Of a DNA stretch of 64,000 nucleotides, positions 1-10,518 are shown in pieces; within the stretch, counting starts at the first letter, position 1, and every line of letters begins with the position of its first letter. Below the pieces are notes generated by a model. The model was given only the letters and a program-made list of their open reading frames with translations, was not told the DNA's origin and made no database searches. Made by a program: the position numbers and the translations under genes. Origin of the DNA: Nitrosopumilus sp. (GTDB taxonomy: Archaea > Thermoproteota > Nitrososphaeria > Nitrososphaerales > Nitrosopumilaceae); the NCBI GenBank assembly GCA_965223425.1, contig OZ245003.1:1504001-1568000 (forward strand). The letters are read 5' to 3'.

Positions 1-408
1 GCAGAAAAGAAAGAAAATGAGAAAATTTCAGAAGAGCAGGTTCGCTTAGAACAACAAAGACAGGTTGCTGACGAATTGAGAAATCAAGATGTCGAATTTT
101 ATAATCCAAGTTCTGGAATTTATGACGGATATCAATATGACGACTATATTAGAAATCTAAATCCAGAAATAAGAGACTTGGTTACAGGTCAACTCAACTT
201 TACGAAAAATACGTTTGAAGAGGCGCAGAAAGCAAGAGATGAGATTCTGGCAAATGGGGGGACATATGAGGAAGCCAGGCAGGCATATTTGGACATTGTT
301 TCAATTCCAAAAGAGATTCTTGAGCAATTCAGCCAAAACAAAGTAGATGTGGAGCCAGAAGATGATTCTGAAGAAGAATCCAGTGAGGAGAACTCAGACA
401 ACCAATGA
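1..408 (+). CDS. C-terminal part of an acidic hypothetical protein (starts before the window)
   Basis: Frame open from base 1 to TGA at 406-408; acidic low-complexity tail. Confidence 0.6.
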   Translation, partial: AEKKENEKISEEQVRLEQQRQVADELRNQDVEFYNPSSGIYDGYQYDDYIRNLNPEIRDLVTGQLNFTKNTFEEAQKARDEILANGGTYEEARQAYLDIVSIPKEILEQFSQNKVDVEPEDDSEEESSEENSDNQ

Positions 409-459
409 ACAGTTGATAAATTCTATATGTGCCTTGTATTCAAAATCACGCAATACAAT

Positions 460-625
460 ATGATGAAGATAGATATTCCATTACCATGCCCATCTTGTGA
501 AGGGAAAACGTACTCTGTGAGATAGACGGCATTTTCAGTCCTTAAAAAAAGAAGTTGGCAAATATGTAAAGAATGTAATTTTGAAAGAACTTCTGAAGAT
601 TGCAAAAATTCCTCTGCTGTACATT
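460..625 (+). pseudogene. Small double-CxxC zinc-ribbon protein pseudogene
   Basis: MMKIDIPLPCPSCEGK... with in-frame TAG at 523-525, then ...WQICKECNFER; probable frameshift near the end; end coordinate approximate. Confidence 0.5.
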
Positions 626-682
626 ACAGCATTTTTCACTTTTCTCAACAGTTTTTAATCCAGGTTAGGCACAAAAAACGAT

Positions 683-1018
683 TTGAAGGTATTTTACAAG
701 CCAGCATGCATAACATGCAAAAAAACGATCTCAGAGATCAGGAGGATGAAGGCAGATATTGAAAAGAGGGATTTCTTCAAGGAGCCGTTCTCAGAGCATG
801 AATTGAGAGGGATTATCAAAATGACAGGAAAAAGACCATCAGAACTCCTTAGAAAAAGGGACAGGATGTACAGGGAACTAAACTTTGAAGACTGCAAAAG
901 GACAGACGCCCAGATTATCAAACTGATGGCAAAACATCCAGGATTGATTTTAAGACCAATTGTCATTGCAAGAGGTAAGGCATTTGCAGGAAAGATAGAC
1001 GCACAAAGTCTGAAATAG
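683..1018 (+). CDS. ArsC/Spx family thioredoxin-fold protein
   Basis: N-terminal CITC and HPGLILRPIV motifs. Confidence 0.85.
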   Translation: MKVFYKPACITCKKTISEIRRMKADIEKRDFFKEPFSEHELRGIIKMTGKRPSELLRKRDRMYRELNFEDCKRTDAQIIKLMAKHPGLILRPIVIARGKAFAGKIDAQSLK

Positions 1019-1019
1019 A

Positions 1020-1265
1020 CTATGAATCGTTGTCTTGCTTGAAGATTCTAATTGCCTCCAGATGAGAGCAGTTTGCCTTTAACCCCCTGCCGTGATGAAA
1101 TTTGTAAAAGTTTTTGAAACCGGGGCACTCGCACGTATCAGATGTTACAAAGTAAGACTTGTCAGGATCTGAGGACGATTTTATCTGAAACAGATCATCT
1201 TCAATCTGAACAATCCCGCCACTTTCGACAAGTTTCTTTGCCTTTCTGATGGTATTGGCACTCAT
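1020..1265 (-). CDS. SWIM zinc-finger protein
   Basis: CECPGF...CSH (CxC...CxH) motif. Confidence 0.75.
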   Translation of the reverse strand: MSANTIRKAKKLVESGGIVQIEDDLFQIKSSSDPDKSYFVTSDTCECPGFKNFYKFHHGRGLKANCSHLEAIRIFKQDNDS

Positions 1266-1532
1266 GTGGTTACCATGTCATCATCGTTTTTTATGCTTTA
1301 ACTTTTTCATGGGATCAGTTACTATCCTTTACTGTCTTTGTACAAGTCAGTGCCGTACGCCTCGTCGCGCATCTGCTCCATGATGCTATCTACTGTTTTT
1401 TCATCATAAAAGAAAGATTAGGAGCCAAGTAGTCTGTTTCATAACCCTGTCTAAAATCATAGCAAAGCCGATCAAGGCAAAGACACGACATCGTTAAACC
1501 AAAACGTTTCTGGATCACCTCTGTCGAACACC

Positions 1533-1925
1533 ATGTGTATTGGGCACCGACAACTGGAAGTATATAGAACGCGGCAGGATGCTTGTCATACGGGACAGCC
1601 AGGAATGGTCACGGGATCTGGGACAGCAGCTCAAAGATTTCTTTCTACGGTGCCAAAATATTTCAAAAATATCACACAGTGGTGGCGTGATTCTAAAACT
1701 ACAGATGAGGATTATGTTATAGCAGTGAATTATCTGGCAAACAAACACGCCATACCTCTCCATTTCTCATCAATAATTCCGATGAGTTTGATTGAAAAAC
1801 CACTTGAAGAATTTTGTCGCAATTATCATCATATGATCCGTCAATGCGTAGATCATCAACATTTTAACTACTGCATAGATCAGATAACTCAAAAAATGCT
1901 CAGAGAGTGTCCCTCCGCGAAATAA
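1533..1925 (+). pseudogene. Probable degenerate fragment of a thaumarchaeal surface/peptidase-associated repeat protein
   Basis: VPKYFKNITQWW...DEDYVIAVNYL resembles the IPxWIKxxAxWW...DF..GIQYL repeat; flanks look decayed. Confidence 0.35.
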
Positions 1926-2136
1926 CAATACTACTATCAGTACGATTTAAATTAACATGAAACGTGCATGACGGCTCTGCAGAAACCAAATCACAAGATT
2001 GAACGGCGTATTCGGAGATCCCCGGACAAGAGAATGCTTTCTGCCCAGAGTTCTTGGAGATAATTTTCGCACTTGCCTCTTTTGGCCAATTAGTCAATGC
2101 CCAAGCATACTGCAATTATTATAAACTGGCTACCTC

Positions 2137-3201
2137 ATGAGTCTATTGAGCATGAAGAGGTATGTTGCAACGAGACTTGCAACAATGTTTGGTGTTTTGA
2201 TGATTACGTTATTAATCACAATTGCACTTGTTGGCTCAAACATGGATACCATATTAAAGCAAGGGATCGTTTTTCAAGTGAGGTCTGAGATTACTGAGAA
2301 TCCTGCAATTGCTGAAAGTTTTTCATCAGTTGAAGAGTTTGAAGGATTTGTTCAGAGTCAAATAGATCAGAGAACCAAAGTTTTAGGATTAGATGAGCCA
2401 TGGTATTCGCCTCAAAGGATAGGGTTTACCATGTACAAAATATTATTACTTGATTTTGGACATGCGACGTTTCTCATTAGTGATTCAGGCTCTTCGGATG
2501 TAAAGGACATAATTTTTGAGAAACTACCAAGAACAGTTTTACTATTTACAACTGCCACAATAATCATCTCAATAATAGGAATATTTCTTGGGGCATTATC
2601 AAGTAGCAAAGTTGGCTCCATCATAGACAGAATTACATCAAGTTTTGCAATAGTTAGCTCTAGTTTTCCAGTTTGGTGGATAGGAATGTTAATGATATTT
2701 TTATTTGCATTTACATATCAGATATTTCCCGCAAGAGCGACTCCAGACATTCCATCATCTGATCCCAGGTATGTTGGAGCGCTGTTGTATCATATGACTT
2801 TGCCATTAATTACCATTGTAGTGATTGGTTTTGGTTCATGGGCATACTTGGTAAGAAATTTCATGGTGGGGATTATGCAAGAGGACTTTATCATGGCAAA
2901 AAAGACAATTGGGATCAAACAAAAAAAGATAGTCTATACTCACGCGCTAAAAAATGCAGCCCCGCCAATTATAACAATTTTAGCACTTAGTTTATCAGGA
3001 TCATTAGGCGGGGCAATCATCACAGAGGCGGTTTTTGATTGGCCAGGAATGGGCAGATTATACTTTGAAGCAATTACAGTGATGGATTTGCCAGTAATTA
3101 TTGGCGCCACGTATGTTCTTACAGTGTTCTTTCTTGTGAGCATATTCATTGCAGATTTGCTTTATGGCTATTTTGATCCAAGGGTAAGGACAGGTCAATG
3201 A
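2137..3201 (+). CDS. dppB: Peptide/nickel ABC transporter permease (DppB/OppB-like)
   Basis: Multiple TM helices, HALKNA and ITEAVFDWPGMG motifs. Confidence 0.9.
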   Translation: MSLLSMKRYVATRLATMFGVLMITLLITIALVGSNMDTILKQGIVFQVRSEITENPAIAESFSSVEEFEGFVQSQIDQRTKVLGLDEPWYSPQRIGFTMYKILLLDFGHATFLISDSGSSDVKDIIFEKLPRTVLLFTTATIIISIIGIFLGALSSSKVGSIIDRITSSFAIVSSSFPVWWIGMLMIFLFAFTYQIFPARATPDIPSSDPRYVGALLYHMTLPLITIVVIGFGSWAYLVRNFMVGIMQEDFIMAKKTIGIKQKKIVYTHALKNAAPPIITILALSLSGSLGGAIITEAVFDWPGMGRLYFEAITVMDLPVIIGATYVLTVFFLVSIFIADLLYGYFDPRVRTGQ

Positions 3202-4565
3202 GCAGCGTCACATCTCAGGAAATAAAACAAGAGTTTCTCAAAAGTAAAATGGGAATTGCAGGAATCGTAATTCTTGTGATTTTGGTGTCAACATCAATTA
3301 TTGCCATGGTTTCAATTCCGATTGAAACTTTTCAAGAATGGAACAACCCGGGCAGTTGGATTTCATATCCAAAGGTTGCAATTCCAGTTTGGATGAATCT
3401 CTTTGTGGTAGAAAAAATTCCTGAGCATAAAATTTTAGAGACGCCAAACATCCAAACAGATACGCAAGGGGAAATTATGCTTACGTCGCATCATTTCGGG
3501 CTAAGTTACGAGTATGATGACTTTCCAAATGACTTTATCTACGAGTTTTCAGCAGAGTATTTCAATTCACCATTACTCCAGATGACAGTAACTAGACCTG
3601 ATGGCCTTAAACTTGAATTGTTATCAACATCGCTTCCATTCTCGAATTCACAAACCATTCATACTGAAAGAATCTTTTCAACAGATGATTCAATTAAGAA
3701 AAACTTGTCAATGCAATCCGAAGCATTTGAATTTGGTTTTGATAGGTTGTCAGTTGAAGATATTATTTTTTCAAAAACACAAATTAACGAGCCATTAAAA
3801 GGAAATTATGTTTTTTCAGTAGATGTATATTCAATAAATTCTGAAGCTCAAATCCCCAAATCAAAATTAATCATTGGAGGCAAAGCTTTTGGAATAATGG
3901 GAACTGATGAACTAAGAAGAGATTTGGCAGTAGGGCTGTTATGGGGAACACCACTTGCGCTGTTTATCGGCCTTGTTGTGGCAATCGCCTCAGTAATTAT
4001 GGGATTGCTTTATGGGGTGTATGCCGGATTCAAAGGCAAAAAAACCGATGAGGCTATGATGCGATTCAATGATGTAATCTATGCATTGCCGGCGCTTCCA
4101 TTTTTAATTATACTTTCAGTAACAATAAGCAACAGCATATTTTTGATGGTGGGTTTTTTGATGATTTTTGGATGGGTAGGAATCGCAAAAGTGTCAAGAA
4201 GCATGTCCCTTCAAATTAAGACCCGGGGCTATGTTGATGCGGCAAACATGATGGGGCAAAAAGACTCTAAAATAATTCTCAAGCACATATTGCCACAGTT
4301 ACTACCATACGCATTTGCAAGTATCGCAATATCAGTTCCTGCTGCCATCACCACAGAGGCAGGTCTTAGTTTTCTGGGATTAGGAGATCCATCATTTCCA
4401 ACATGGGGTCAAATCTTACACGATGCAAATACGTTTGGTGCAGCTCCAAGAGGACTTTGGTGGTGGATAATGCCACCAGGAGTAATGATTGCCATAACAG
4501 GTCTTGCGTTTGTTTTTATCGGAAGCGCACTTGATGCAATAGTTAATCCAAAGCTCAAGAGATGA
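3198..4565 (+). CDS. dppC: Peptide ABC transporter permease (DppC/OppC-like)
   Basis: GTDELRRD, KHILP, EAGLSFLGLG motifs; 4-bp overlap with upstream permease. Confidence 0.9.
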   Translation: MSSVTSQEIKQEFLKSKMGIAGIVILVILVSTSIIAMVSIPIETFQEWNNPGSWISYPKVAIPVWMNLFVVEKIPEHKILETPNIQTDTQGEIMLTSHHFGLSYEYDDFPNDFIYEFSAEYFNSPLLQMTVTRPDGLKLELLSTSLPFSNSQTIHTERIFSTDDSIKKNLSMQSEAFEFGFDRLSVEDIIFSKTQINEPLKGNYVFSVDVYSINSEAQIPKSKLIIGGKAFGIMGTDELRRDLAVGLLWGTPLALFIGLVVAIASVIMGLLYGVYAGFKGKKTDEAMMRFNDVIYALPALPFLIILSVTISNSIFLMVGFLMIFGWVGIAKVSRSMSLQIKTRGYVDAANMMGQKDSKIILKHILPQLLPYAFASIAISVPAAITTEAGLSFLGLGDPSFPTWGQILHDANTFGAAPRGLWWWIMPPGVMIAITGLAFVFIGSALDAIVNPKLKR

Positions 4566-4883
4566 TCAAAGGTCAAATTTTCGAATTAATTCAATAGCAC
4601 CATCATTCAGTTTTATTGAATAGCATGATGAATTTTCATCATTGAATGCTGCCAGCTTGTTAGCAAATACTTTTTTGCTGTGACCGTCTTCAGATGCCTT
4701 GTCTGATTCATCAAAACAAATGGGCATTTGTTTCATATTTAGATTGTTTTTTAGGAGAAAAGCAATGAATTTTTGGTAATTTTCAGTTTCAAACCAGTCG
4801 ATGTTTTTTTCTTTGCTTGCGCCAATCCATATCTCAATGGAGTTTTGATATAGAACTTTTTTTCTTAGTTCTTCTAGTGCCAT
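4566..4883 (-). CDS. Hypothetical protein (start at MALEELRKK)
   Basis: ATG at 4883 avoids overlap with the upstream gene; 105 aa. Confidence 0.65.
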   Translation of the reverse strand: MALEELRKKVLYQNSIEIWIGASKEKNIDWFETENYQKFIAFLLKNNLNMKQMPICFDESDKASEDGHSKKVFANKLAAFNDENSSCYSIKLNDGAIELIRKFDL

Positions 4884-4896
4884 CTTTTCCTCACGA

Positions 4897-5226
4897 TTAA
4901 AAATCAGCCCGTTGCATTTTTGAACCACAGCGTGGGCAAGAACCGCCTTTGTGTTTGTTGTTACAAACAAGACAGACATAACGAACGCTGCCAGAACCGC
5001 CTTGTGATCCCATTCCAAAGAATCCGCCGCCACCGCCGCCGCCAGATCCGGAACCGCCATAGCCTCGCATACGATTCATGTATTGCCTTCGTAGGATTAA
5101 TGGGAATGCAATAAAAATTGCCAATGCAGCTCCTAGGCCATATGGGAATGGAAGCACCATTTGTAATCCAATGCTGATAGCTAGTGATGCAAACAAGAAG
5201 ATCAAATAGGTTTTGTAATTAAACAT
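4897..5226 (-). CDS. Membrane protein with Gly-rich linker and C-terminal zinc ribbon
   Basis: Two TM segments, poly-Gly, CLVC...CPRC. Confidence 0.75.
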   Translation of the reverse strand: MFNYKTYLIFLFASLAISIGLQMVLPFPYGLGAALAIFIAFPLILRRQYMNRMRGYGGSGSGGGGGGGFFGMGSQGGSGSVRYVCLVCNNKHKGGSCPRCGSKMQRADF

Positions 5227-5296
5227 TTCATTCCAAAGTTAGTAAAAAAAGGTTATAAAGCTTTGTCAGCTTTTTTCAGTTTTTTTTTCAAGTATT

Positions 5297-5704
5297 TTAC
5301 AAATTTTGGACAATTGATAGAGGCACAGAATTTCCACCACTGTCCCATGCAAAAATTGAATCGTCTTTGTAAGGAGATTTTACAATTAACGAGATCAAAC
5401 CAAAAAAATTATGCAAATCGGTAACTGATGGCTCCGCTGAGCCGCTAGGATGAGAGTGAACAATTCCCACATAGCTCATATCAAAGGGCAGAAACGAGTG
5501 TGGAAATCCAGCAAATGTTGGTCCGGTTTCACTAAAAGGAGGGATTACAAGCCCGTCAATTTTGATTTCCCCGTTTTTAGATTTTCCTTTTAATATTAGA
5601 ATGCCTTCGTTTGGATGTTTCATTTGACAAAAAGATAGGATGCTGTCCAGTACTTCTTTTTGTATCAGCACTTTACGTTCAAGTTTTTTCCTCTTGAAAA
5701 TCAT
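5297..5704 (-). CDS. JAB/MPN (Mov34) domain metalloprotease
   Basis: HPNE...HSHPSGSAEPSVTD JAMM motif. Confidence 0.9.
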   Translation of the reverse strand: MIFKRKKLERKVLIQKEVLDSILSFCQMKHPNEGILILKGKSKNGEIKIDGLVIPPFSETGPTFAGFPHSFLPFDMSYVGIVHSHPSGSAEPSVTDLHNFFGLISLIVKSPYKDDSIFAWDSGGNSVPLSIVQNL

Positions 5705-5735
5705 AAAAATTCTTTAATTTTGGACTAATTTAATT

Positions 5736-7016
5736 TTAAGACACGGATATGGCGTATTTTGTGTTTGAGAACAGCCTTAATTTCTTTTCAATATCAGACA
5801 CAAGTTGTGGAATTTTTGAGTCAATTCCATCTATCTCGCCTTGAAAAGTTTCAGATTTAAGTTCTGAATCTTCCCTAAATGAGATATTTTTGTTTAATTC
5901 AGCCTCCAATGATTCAAGTTCGCCGGAGACAAGAGAATTTAGACCATTTTTCATTTTGTCATATTTTTCCAAATACTCTGAAATTTGTTTTATAAAACCA
6001 TCAAGTGATTCTTCAGTTTCAGTAATTTGAGACAAAGATTTCGCAACATCTTTGACAGAAATAGAACCAGAAGTAATTCCTTTTCTTACATTTTCTAAAA
6101 TTACAATAATGGAATCTCTGTGTTGAGGAGAAAGAACGCCAAATGGATTGGCAACTAGTTTAGCTAAGATGTTTTTTTGTTCTTTATCTAAAGAAGAACC
6201 GTATTCATATCTACCAAGAGGACGAGAGATTTTTGTAAATTGCACATCAATCTCGTTTTTTATTTTTGATTTTTGTTTACCAAACTCTTCAAGTTCCTCT
6301 TTAAGATCAAGATATTTTTTATAACCACCAGAGGATTTGACCTTTTCAATGGAATCCTGTATCGATGAGATTTTTCCATCAAGTGATTTTTTATTTTTGT
6401 CCATATCGTTGATTTTTTGATTTTTTTCTATGCGTGTTTTCTTTAGAGTCTCAATCTGAACAAGGGCATCCAGCATATCGTCTGAAACCATTTTTTCAGA
6501 ATCATAGTTTTTTAATAATTTATGAATCTCAGAGTGGTTTGAGTTCATTACTTCAAGATTATCTTTTAATTTATTTGCGTACTTTTTTGCAAAAATATGA
6601 ATTACTCTAGTTTGTCTTCCTAAGACATCACCAAGTTTTTTAAGAATTTGATTTAATGTAGAATCTAGCTTTTTTGCATCATCAATTGATGAAATTTCTA
6701 ATAGATGAATGACTCCTTTTTTAATAACATCAATTACTTGTTTTTTCCCTCGAATCACAATAACTGCAAGATGTCTGTCGATATCATCGACTTTCAGGTC
6801 GTCTTTTTCAAGAACATTTCCTATTTTTATCAAATCATCAATCAGGGGCTCGGTATTGTTTCTAAGATGTTTTATTTCGGCAATGGTTTGAGATGTTCGT
6901 AGTTGGTTAAGGTCAGCCAAGATTTTTTCTACATCAGATAGCTTGATCTCCTTATCCTGAAGGACTTCCTCCATTGGTTTTTCTTCCCGCCTCTTTTTAC
7001 CCCATCCAAATACCAT
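5736..7016 (-). CDS. Coiled-coil hypothetical protein
   Basis: 426-aa ORF with long heptad-rich, K/E-rich helices. Confidence 0.7.
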   Translation of the reverse strand: MVFGWGKKRREEKPMEEVLQDKEIKLSDVEKILADLNQLRTSQTIAEIKHLRNNTEPLIDDLIKIGNVLEKDDLKVDDIDRHLAVIVIRGKKQVIDVIKKGVIHLLEISSIDDAKKLDSTLNQILKKLGDVLGRQTRVIHIFAKKYANKLKDNLEVMNSNHSEIHKLLKNYDSEKMVSDDMLDALVQIETLKKTRIEKNQKINDMDKNKKSLDGKISSIQDSIEKVKSSGGYKKYLDLKEELEEFGKQKSKIKNEIDVQFTKISRPLGRYEYGSSLDKEQKNILAKLVANPFGVLSPQHRDSIIVILENVRKGITSGSISVKDVAKSLSQITETEESLDGFIKQISEYLEKYDKMKNGLNSLVSGELESLEAELNKNISFREDSELKSETFQGEIDGIDSKIPQLVSDIEKKLRLFSNTKYAISVS

Positions 7017-7093
7017 TTAATATTATTATTTTTTGGGCATTAAAAATTGTTGTACAATGAAAATTTAAAATCCATGGAATTTCAGGGTATGAC

Positions 7094-7555
7094 GTGGTAA
7101 AAACTACAAAAAGATCATTTCATACAGGCTCTGTTAAAAAAACAATTGGAATTAATGCATCAAAGGAGAAAGTTTGGAGAAGAGTCAGCAATATTGTGGG
7201 GTTGCCAGCATGGCTAGTAGATGTAAAAAAAACAACTTATCTTTCCAAAAAGAAAAAAGATGTAGGGGCAATTAGATTAGTCGCATTTGCAGATGGCAAT
7301 AAAATTGAGGAACACGTTGTTGCATGGAAGAATAAAGAATATTTCACATATATTGCAACTGAAGGCTTGCCATTAAGAGCATATGTTGCGACAATCTCAA
7401 TTAAATCAAAATCAAAAAATCATGTTGAGTTAACATGGCAATCTTATCTTAATAGCAAAAAAATGTCGGAAAAACAATTTCTAGAGTTTCTTGCATTCAT
7501 GGGTTCATTTTATGAGGCTTCGCTTGAAAATCTCAAGAAATTACTAGAAAAATAA
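7094..7555 (+). CDS. SRPBCC/polyketide cyclase family protein
   Basis: INASKEKVW...W...GAIR pattern of the START/SRPBCC fold. Confidence 0.75.
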   Translation: MVKTTKRSFHTGSVKKTIGINASKEKVWRRVSNIVGLPAWLVDVKKTTYLSKKKKDVGAIRLVAFADGNKIEEHVVAWKNKEYFTYIATEGLPLRAYVATISIKSKSKNHVELTWQSYLNSKKMSEKQFLEFLAFMGSFYEASLENLKKLLEK

Positions 7556-7608
7556 TACCAGAACATTTTTGGATTAAAGCGTAAATACGATAAATCAAGG
7601 GTGACAAT

Positions 7609-7950
7609 ATGAGTGATATGCGATTTATCATAATGGGGGTTGCATTAATCTTTGTAGGCGTTATTATTCTAGGAGCATTTGGACACGAATACCAAGCAGC
7701 AACCTTGGAATCAAATGAATTTGGAACGTGTTTTGAGTACTCAGATGACAGAGAACCGACTGCAATTGACTGCTCATTTAAGCTGTTTGATCAAACTGTT
7801 TTCTTTGCGTTAATTGCTGGGTTCATCGGTGCAGGAATAATTGCGTTAGTAAAAGGTGCAAGAGGGGATTGGGACAATAAAGTAAAACCCGAAGACATGG
7901 CAGGCCCTAACAGGAGAGAGAATGGAGGTTCAGATAAGGATGAAAGATAG
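7609..7950 (+). CDS. Small membrane protein
   Basis: Two hydrophobic helices. Confidence 0.65.
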   Translation: MSDMRFIIMGVALIFVGVIILGAFGHEYQAATLESNEFGTCFEYSDDREPTAIDCSFKLFDQTVFFALIAGFIGAGIIALVKGARGDWDNKVKPEDMAGPNRRENGGSDKDER

Positions 7951-8156
7951 GATTATGCTGATCTCTTAGACTTTGATTTTTCAGTCTTCAGGATTGTCTT
8001 GTTCTAATCTTTGGAAACATATTCATCGTATGGCATTTTTTATCAGTTTATTATTACTTGACGTTTTAATCATCTGTTTTGTATGAATTCACCTACCCTG
8101 CCTAATCAAAAAATTTGATCATCTGATCCATATATTGCCTGTTTGCTACCATTTTC

Positions 8157-10323
8157 ATGGGGTCAAGGCCGACAAACAGGGAACTTGAAGAGACCCTGCG
8201 TTCTGCCACAGACAGGATAGCAACACTCCAGTCAAAATTTAATGTACTGCTAGATAAAAACAAACAACAAGAAAGGGCCATCGAGTATTACCAGCGCATG
8301 TTATCATACTATCAAAATCCCAACACCCCGCCGTCTGCTGACTCGCTTGAATGGAAGAGGCAAAAGAGGGAGCGTGCACAGCAAAGAAAAGACGGGGAGG
8401 GCAACGACAACAATAGCGGCAAGCCCGGCGGCAGGACAGGACGCGCCGGAGTATCGCGGCATCACAGCCCGGAGAGAAGACAGCGGCACGACTTTGAGCG
8501 CAGGCAGTCAGGCAGAAGCATCACAAAAGTTCTTCCAAGATGCAGGTGCGGCAAGGCCATGGTTTTGGGCAACCCCCGCGTACGGGACATCATAGAGATG
8601 GAGGTCACCGCACACGAGACCCGCCACCGCATAGAGACTGCTGTCTGCGCGTCATGCGGCCATACAGAGGAGGCGCCAAACGGCGACCTGCCAAGACTCG
8701 GATCGTACGGCAAGAACGCGGTGGGGTTCGTCTCTGAGCTGCGCGCCGCCCGCGTCCCGCTCAAGATCATACCGCGCATCATACACTCTGTTGCCGGAGT
8801 CAGCATGTCTGCTTCCACTGCAAACAGCATCATGGCACGCACCGCAGACGCGCTGGAAGGCCAGGCATCTGAGATAGCAAAGAACGTGGCCAAATCAGAA
8901 AGCGCCGGGTTTGATGAGACCATGCATCGCGACTGCGGCATCAAAAAGCAGACAAACGTGGCCCAGTCAGGAAACAACATCTCAATACAGATCAGCTCAA
9001 GCAGGGCCACCCTGATGCTTGATTCGATGAACTATGACGGCATAGCGGTAACTGTAGTATGCACATAAAAAAACTGAATCATTTTGACAATTATTTTTGG
9101 CCAAAAGATCCAAGACCGGCCATACCGCACACACTGCATGTACAAACAAAAAAAGAGACAGGTTGCAAGGGGGGCAAAATTTCTGCCAAACACCAGCGTT
9201 GCAGACCTCAAAAGGGCATACAAAAAAGAGACCGATCCCAGAAGGCGCGACAGGCTGCTTGCGTACATGCAGCGCAAGGACGGCGTGCCGCTATACAGGA
9301 TTGGAAGGATGCTGGGAAGGCCCAAATCCACCATATCTGCATGGCTCAACCGCGCACAGGACGAGGGAATGCGCGCAAGATTCGAGCGCAGCGGCAGGGG
9401 ACGAAAGCACCTGATAGGCGGGCCGCAGGCAAGACAGCTTGCAGCAGACCTGGATGCGGGGCCAGAATCATGCGGCTTTGAGAGCAGCCTGTGGGATTCC
9501 AACCTCGCAAGGCTGCACATCAAGCGAAAGTTCGGCGTGCAGTACAGCAAGACAGGCGCGCTGCAACTGATCAAGGAGATGGGCTTTTCGTGGAGCAAGG
9601 CGCGTCCAAAAAACCCAAGATCAGCCTCAAAAAGAAAGCAAAAAGAGTTTCAGGAGCGGGCAAAAAAACTCGTTGCAGAAAAGTCGGCGCAGGGATACAC
9701 CGTACTGGCCGGCGATGCATCCTCGATTCAAAAGGCATCAAACAGGCCCGGCTACGGGTGGAGAAGGCGCGGCAAGCGCGCCACATCCCCCTCTGTTTTG
9801 TCACGCGAAAGAAGATACATTTGGAGTCCTGTCAGCAAGCGCGTTTTACTTTATGTTTTATGAAAAGCCAGACAGCGACAGCTTTTGCAGCTTTTTGGAA
9901 CGGGTTCACAAAAGATTCGGCAGGGTGCTGCTGTTTGTAGACAATGCGTCATATCACAAATCCAAAAAGGCAAGGGAGTTTCTGGAAAGATACAACGGCG
10001 AGACAGTTCTGGAATGCCTGCTGCCGTACACGCCGGAGCTTAATCCCATTGAGATGCAGTGGAGGGTGATAAAACGGGTACTGTCTGCAAAGGTGTTTGG
10101 CACGCTAGATGAGATGGAGCAGTCAGTACGCAAGCTGTTTGCCAGAAAGGAGATCCTGCCTGTGAAAATGTTCAATTATTTAATATGCTAACTACGGAAG
10201 ATAAGCGGGCAGACCAAGGGCGGCAGCAAGTCCATGAAGCGCCTGGGAGATTTTGTAAGCTGCGTCCTGACGTGGCAGAATCACGGCAAGAGCGTGGCGC
10301 AAGAGGTTGCCAGACTGATATAA
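8157..10323 (+). pseudogene. IS66 transposase interrupted at 9055-10194, with 404 bp missing
   Basis: Matches copy 2 up to 9054, then resumes at 10195 (CGGAAG..., equivalent to 27011). Confidence 0.9.
9055..10194 (+). mobile_element. IS630-family element, copy 1 (frameshifted transposase)
   Basis: Ends TAGTATGCACAT / ATATGCTAACTA; 1140 bp versus 1142 bp for copy 2; a 2-bp deletion near 9820 splits the ORF (9084-9863 and 9673-10191). Confidence 0.9.
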
Positions 10324-10518
10324 GGGGCAGGTGAATTCATACGAACCAACAGACATGTAGACCCGTATGAGTCGTGTGGACAGGAAAAATGAATCCATGA
10401 CTTTGACGAGGATATGAGGACTCTACCAGTGTAACCGAGAGAAAAATATGAATCAAATTAACCCATAAATTTCAGATTTTGATATTGTTTTAAATCACAA
10501 CATTTCCTAGATTAACAT

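Larger units (their letters stand above)
8081..10342 (+). mobile_element. IS66-family element, copy 1 (disrupted by a nested IS630)
   Basis: Terminal inverted repeats GTATGAATTCACCTACCC / GGGCAGGTGAATTCATAC; near-identical to 25633-27158; no 8-bp TSD. Confidence 0.9.

Noticed and set aside
523-525. Pyrrolysine read-through of the in-frame TAG
   Set aside because: No pyl genes in the window, and a second lesion follows, so a pseudogene is the simpler explanation
8304-9598. Overlapping and antisense ORFs within IS elements (also 13603-14802 and 25791-26973)
   Set aside because: Shadow ORFs of GC-rich transposase genes
9673-10191. Programmed frameshift in IS630 copy 1
   Set aside because: Copy 2 has a single ORF; the split is explained by a 2-bp deletion
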